NCBI RefSeq assembly: GCF_009914755.1
Contig: NC_060926.1
DNA from: the human T2T-CHM13v2.0 reference genome, Homo sapiens
Reading direction: 5' to 3' (one strand)
Length of the DNA stretch: 64,000 bases
Shown here in pieces: positions 56,903 through 64,000 of the stretch; the stretch's first letter is position 1, and each line of letters begins with the position of its first letter. A program made the translations under genes and the position numbers. The notes below the pieces were generated by a model. It saw only the letters and a program-made list of their open reading frames with translations. It ran no database searches and was not told where the DNA came from.

Positions 56903-57357
56903 AGCAACTATAGCTCCTTAGTTCAGATACTTTTCTAGGTTTGTTCCCTCATCTGCAGCCTAGGAATTGTAATTGTCCCTGCACCAGGTGGCTGCTGTGA
57001 AGACGGGACAGTGCAAAGCAAGTCAAGAGTATGGGGTACTTTCTGTGATACAACGTGGGCTCAGTTCATGGTAGCCATGGCTGTTAGTGCCTCCTTGAAT
57101 CCCTGCAAGTGACCGACAAGGTTACTGTTATTATTCCCATTTTACAGACGTGGTTCTGGGAAGTTAAAATCTTGCCTGGGCCCAGTGTGAACAGCAGAAC
57201 TAGGACCTTGTGCCCTGGCAACCTGACTCGTCAGCTCCCACCTCCCTTCCTTGACAAAATGCAAGTGTAGTGGAAATTTTTAAAGTGAAGTTTAAGTGGT
57301 GAACAAGGGACATTAGACTTGAATCCTAACAAGAACACTGTGACCAGTGATAGGCAT

Positions 57358-58295
<938 letters not shown>

Positions 58296-58349
58296 ATATG
58301 AATTACAGTCAAAAAGTTTCTAAGATCTCAAATTAAATACATGAAAATA

Positions 58350-58900
58350 GATTATTCACAACTTCATCGTTCAACAGACATTTATTTAGCATCTAGTAGA
58401 CACCACTCACTGCTGTAGGTATTGGGCATATCTCAGTGAACAAAATAGAGTCTCTGCATTCATTGGAGTTCACATTTTATTGGAGGAGAGATAAACATAT
58501 ATGTAGGTGGATGTGTATATGTGTGAGATAGCAAGTGAACCAGGGTAAGGAGCTAGAGATTGATAAGGAGTGTCATTTTAGATGAAGTGTTTAGGGGTAG
58601 CTCTCAGATTGGGTATGAATGAAGGAAGGAGGAAGGCATGTGATTGTCTTGGGGAAGAGTCTGACAGAGATGCCAGCAGGTGCAAATGCCCTGGGGCAGG
58701 GCAGTGCTTGGCACAGCTGGGTCAGGGCAGTGTGACTGGTGCCTCTCTAGATGGACAGAGAGAGAAGGAAGAGATGAGGTCAGATTCCTAGGGCCTGGAT
58801 CATGTAGGGCTCTGTTGGCTATGGTTGGAGTTAGGATTTTATTTTGACTTGGGAAGCCATTGGAACGTTTGGGAAAAGGAGACACACTGTCTAATTTAAG
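58350..58900. mobile_element. L2 fragment
   Basis: TTCAACAGACATTTATTTAGCATC and GGGAAGCCATTGGA-type L2 motifs. Confidence 0.6.
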
Positions 58901-60323
58901 TTACAAATATGATCGCAAATTTTAAACAGAGACCTGTGGTTAAATTGGGCTCACATTGGCCTCTGGGGTTGCCTGGCTGCTCCTGCCCAAGGCTGGCGGA
59001 GGTTTGCTGACACTTCCCAGGAAAGAGTGAAGCACAGCAGACAAAAGTAGAAGCAGCTCAGGGCAGCAGGCCAGGATCCTGCCGGAGCTCATCAGCAGCC
59101 AGAGTGGAGGATGTGCTGCTGCTGCTGCTGTTAATAAAAGTAGCTGAAGGGTTTATCAGTCCTTCTACCCAACTTTCATTATTCAAACAATGTTGAACTT
59201 GCCACTATGAGTTTCCAAACTGTCTGACTTGTGGAGAGCCCTGTCTTAATTAGAAGGTCCTCATCCCACTTTTCCTTGCTGCCTGCAGAGATTTTCCTTC
59301 TGAGAGTGTTTGTAGACATGAAATTGTGGGTGTGCTTATTTCTCCCCTCACTTGGATGATCGCCCATGCTGGTTCATTTGAGTCCCAACACATTTGCACC
59401 TGCTCATAGATTTTTGCATTTTCAATTTGCAGGAGTAGAGAAACAGGGACCTAAAAGGAGTTTGTCTCATGCACTTTCCACATCTCAGCTTTATGTCTTA
59501 CACTCGCTATTATTTTTTCTCTGAACCTAACTGATTTGACTGTCTTGTTTGACCTCTGTCTTTGATTTTGGGATTGGAAGGGCATAACATTTGGCCATTG
59601 GTTCTCTATTCAATGTAAATAAAGTTGAAGGAAAGAGACTATCCTCTCTCACCTGCTTTTTCGGTTCCTAAATTATATTTAAAGAGAGCAAAATATTACA
59701 GTTTCCTAGTAAGTTAATTAAAAGATTCTGAAGAAAATTGGACGCTTTTCAAAAAGGAAGTTTACAGAGTTTAGAATTTTTTCAGCATTTCCATCCTCTT
59801 CTCTTCCCCCAACACAAACAGACTTATACAGAGGCACACACAGACACACGCAGAGACATGTGTACACAGAGACATGTGTGCACACAGGCACACTCACACA
59901 AACTAATAAATTAGTAAATGGAAGCTTTCAAGTCAGAGAATCTACTCCTTAAGCATACATTATCATCAAATGTTAATACTGATTGCGTCCAAAAAATTCC
60001 ATGTAAAAAACACGTCCTTGTGCTACGTATTGAAAGGTAGGGAGTGAATATGAAACCTGGTTCCCAGCCAGGATTGCAGAAGGGAAAAGTACTAGCCAAG
60101 AAGAGAAACTTCTAGCTCCTTCCTTTGGATTTCAACACTCCTAGAACTCAACTGAATTAAACACAACAGTTTGGTTCAGCAAATATTTATTAGTCAGTTG
60201 TGCACTGTGTGCAGGTTACAGTGCTAGCTCTCAGGGTTTAACTAGGATGGATGAATACCCTTCCCAGCCTCTTGAGAAGGTGCTGAAACTAAAGGGAGAA
60301 TTAAAAACGAAAAATAAAAATAA

Positions 60324-60650
<327 letters not shown>

Positions 60651-61459
60651 TTCATTTTTAAGATGAGGTCCTTTCTCCGTTGTGGAGACTTTTCCAAGTT
60701 TCTAGTGGGATTAGTGTGAAACTGGCATTGCACTGCTTGTATTTAAATCTGGCTTCCCCTGTACTGCCTCTGTGCCCCTTTGCCTCTCAGTGCCTCGGCG
60801 TCCTCACCTGTAAACAAGGAAACCAGGAACACTCCTCATAGAGCCACCCTGTACATCCTGAGTGTGTGTGCAGCATACACAACACTGCTGCACACACCAT
60901 GAGCACTCGAACGCCAACAACTATTATCTCTCTAATTCAGAGCTTTATTTTATTTTAAATCTGGAATCCAAATCAGTCCTATTCCAGATTCTTTATGAAA
61001 ATGATTTTTTTCTTTTTTCCCCTTTTACTTTGGGGAGTCAAGAGACTTTCTTATTTCATCTTACAGAATGTTGAGTTTTCAAAATGTCCAAAAGAGAACA
61101 AAGAGAAGTGAGGTAGCCCTTGTCCTTAAGTCATTACCCACCCCTCAACACATTTAGCATATTTTCTGGTACCTTCAAAGGAATCCTATCACTTTCCATC
61201 TCCATATTGTTCACATTCCTTCTCACCTGTAATGTTCTCAGCCTCTGCTAATTTCTCCTTTCCTTGAGGCACCACGTCCCTTTCTCTGTAAACTTTATCC
61301 CAAGTATTTTAAAACATTCATAGATTTTGCCCTCAATACCTGAAGCATTCATTTATGTCATTCAAACCATGCTGTCCCTTGCATATGGCAACAGGGTTGC
61401 TCTTTTGCAATTGAAGTCTAATGCCAACTGGATCGGAAAGTACTGGAAAGAAAGACATT

Positions 61460-61771
61460 GACCAGGCACGGTGGCTCACGCCTGTAATCCTAGTACTTTG
61501 GGAGGCTGAGGTGGGCGGATCGCCTGAGGTCAGGAGTTCGAGACCAGCCTGGCCAACATGATGAAACACTGTCTCTACTAAAAATACAAAAATTAGCAGT
61601 GGTGGCCTATGCCTGTAATCCCAGCTACTCAGGAGGCTGAGGCACTAGAATCACTTGAACCTGGGAGACGGAGGTTGCAGTGAGCTGAGATCTTGCCACT
61701 GCACTCCGGCTTGGGCAACAGAGTGAGACTCCATCTCAAAAAAAAAACAAAACAAACAAACAAAAAAAACA
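61460..61771 (+). mobile_element. AluS
   Basis: Full-length Alu, TSD AAGACATT. Confidence 0.94.
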
Positions 61772-62720
61772 AGACATTATCTTTAACTTGGTTGCACCCT
61801 CGGCAATGAATAACATGGTTATAAGCTTCAGTTTCCTTCTCTGAAAATAGGAATAATAACAAAATTAATAATAATGTTTACCTATAGTGCTGTTGTATTA
61901 AATGAGCTAAAACATAGTTACTGGATATAATGATCTTTCAATAAATTTCAGCTTTTTTTTTTAAATGGGGTCTTGATCTCTTGCCCAGGCTGTTTTCAAA
62001 CTCCTGGGCTCAACCAATCCTCTCACCTCAGCCTCCGAAACTAGCTATTATTTTTAATAGACTAAATCATTCTGGTTGGTTATTTATGATTTTTATAATT
62101 GGTGGTAATAATTAGACTGCTTTATGTTTGCATAGAATTTTGCATTACGAAAACTTTCATGATCAGACTTAGTATAGAAAATTTAGTAAACTATTTAAAA
62201 TGTAGAGAAAAATGTAACATTACTACCAATCTTATCCTTCAGAATCAATAATTTTATATATTTTGGTGTATTTTTTCAGTTCATATATTATGAATATTGC
62301 TTTCTAGTTTGAGTTTTAAAAATCAAAAGTTCTATGCAAACTTTATTTTTGATGGTTGCATATATTCCATACTATGGCTAATCATATTTTATTTAACCAT
62401 ACTTCACTTTTGAGCTATTGCACTGTTTATTGGTTTTAGTTATTACATATTATTACATATATGTAATGTTTTCATATAACCCATTGTGCCTTCATCTTAA
62501 CCATTTCATCTTCCTACAAAGGATACGACTTGGAGTAGAACATTCAAATCATGTCATTTTCTATTTTGTGTTCATACGAAACCGTGAACTGATACCTTGA
62601 AATTACTCTAGATTTATCTGCACAGAACTAAGCCCAGGCAAAAAGCACTATGATGGCTTCTACTTAACATGAAAGTAGGTGGTTCCCATAGACGCTTCAG
62701 ATACCATCTAGACATGCTTA

Positions 62721-63068
<348 letters not shown>

Positions 63069-64000
63069 CTAATTATCTGCTCCTCCTTAATAAAACAGAT
63101 CAAGTATGTTTTATGCATTGTTGCCTTGATATGGTCTTAGTTCAGTTTAATTTTTCAGTATTACTTTTTAACTATAACAAAAGTCCTGTGTTAAAATGGA
63201 TTTTTATTCCTCTTTTCTCCATCTAAAATGTATCCATTAAATTCAAATGAAGTATCAAATTGTAAAACATTAAATTGCTCAGAACTTATGTGAGTTCTTT
63301 TCTATTTTTCATCCACATTTTAGTGTATTAGAGATTAAGTGAGGAGGTGCTGACAAATCAACGGTAATAAAAAAAAATCAGTAAACCAGATTTTGTGGGG
63401 TGTGGAGGGCATGCAGATCAAGGCTCAAGGTGGTTGAGTTTTTCATGATTCAAAAGGGACCAGTAATAGTGTAGAAGTCAATTACCAGATCATACTTTGA
63501 ACTGATGTTATATTGCTATATTCTAATAAAATGTCTTATCTAAATCTTTATCCTTTTTTACTTCTCATCTATCCAACTATTATGAATATTTTAATATGTT
63601 GACTAAACAAATTGGTCATAATGATATATAGAGATAACCAATTTTCAAGGAATTAGATTTTGAATCAACAGTAAAAGACATTGGCCATAAATTGGAAGAA
63701 AGAAGATTAGCAAATAACTTGATTTATATATACATATATATATGTTTTGTTAATTATTATTTACAGTTTCCCACATAATTTAATGTTTTTGGATTCACCT
63801 TAAAATATCTCATAGTGGTATTTTTTTAAAAAAAACGAATATTAAGTTAATGGTTAATCTTTCAATCAAAGATATCTTAGAATGAATAAATAATTAAGAT
63901 AAACAATTAACTGCAAAAATAGTTATCTTTGAGTAGTAAGACTATATATGATTTTCCATTTTCTTCTTTTTGCTGGTCTGTATTTTTTATAGTAAACAGA

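Overview
Primate (very probably human) genomic DNA containing the 5' part of FHL2 (four-and-a-half LIM domains 2) on the minus strand. Supported structure: CpG-island promoter/first-exon region (~25.6-26.6 kb) with a perfect CArG box, a 51-nt 5' exon (23812-23862), the ATG exon (13528-13707, half-LIM plus start of LIM1) and the next coding exon (728-902); the remaining exons lie left of the window. The rest is intronic or upstream sequence rich in Alu, L1, LTR (LTR5, MER21, MER34, MER39, MLT) and DNA-transposon (MER85, MER1B, MER44, Charlie1) relics. Nearly all other ORFs in the track are repeat-derived or chance. I see no convincing novel multi-gene system. The best leads are: a stop-free spliced frame that could add 110 aa to the FHL2 N-terminus, with its ATG overlapped by a micro-uORF starting inside the CArG box; a poly(A)-only insertion with a 17-bp target-site duplication; a piggyBac MER85 MITE; an unexplained diverged ~230-bp direct repeat; and an LTR5 solo LTR nested in an L1 tail. 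Repeat family names come from recalled consensus sequences, not from a database search, and repeat boundaries are approximate.
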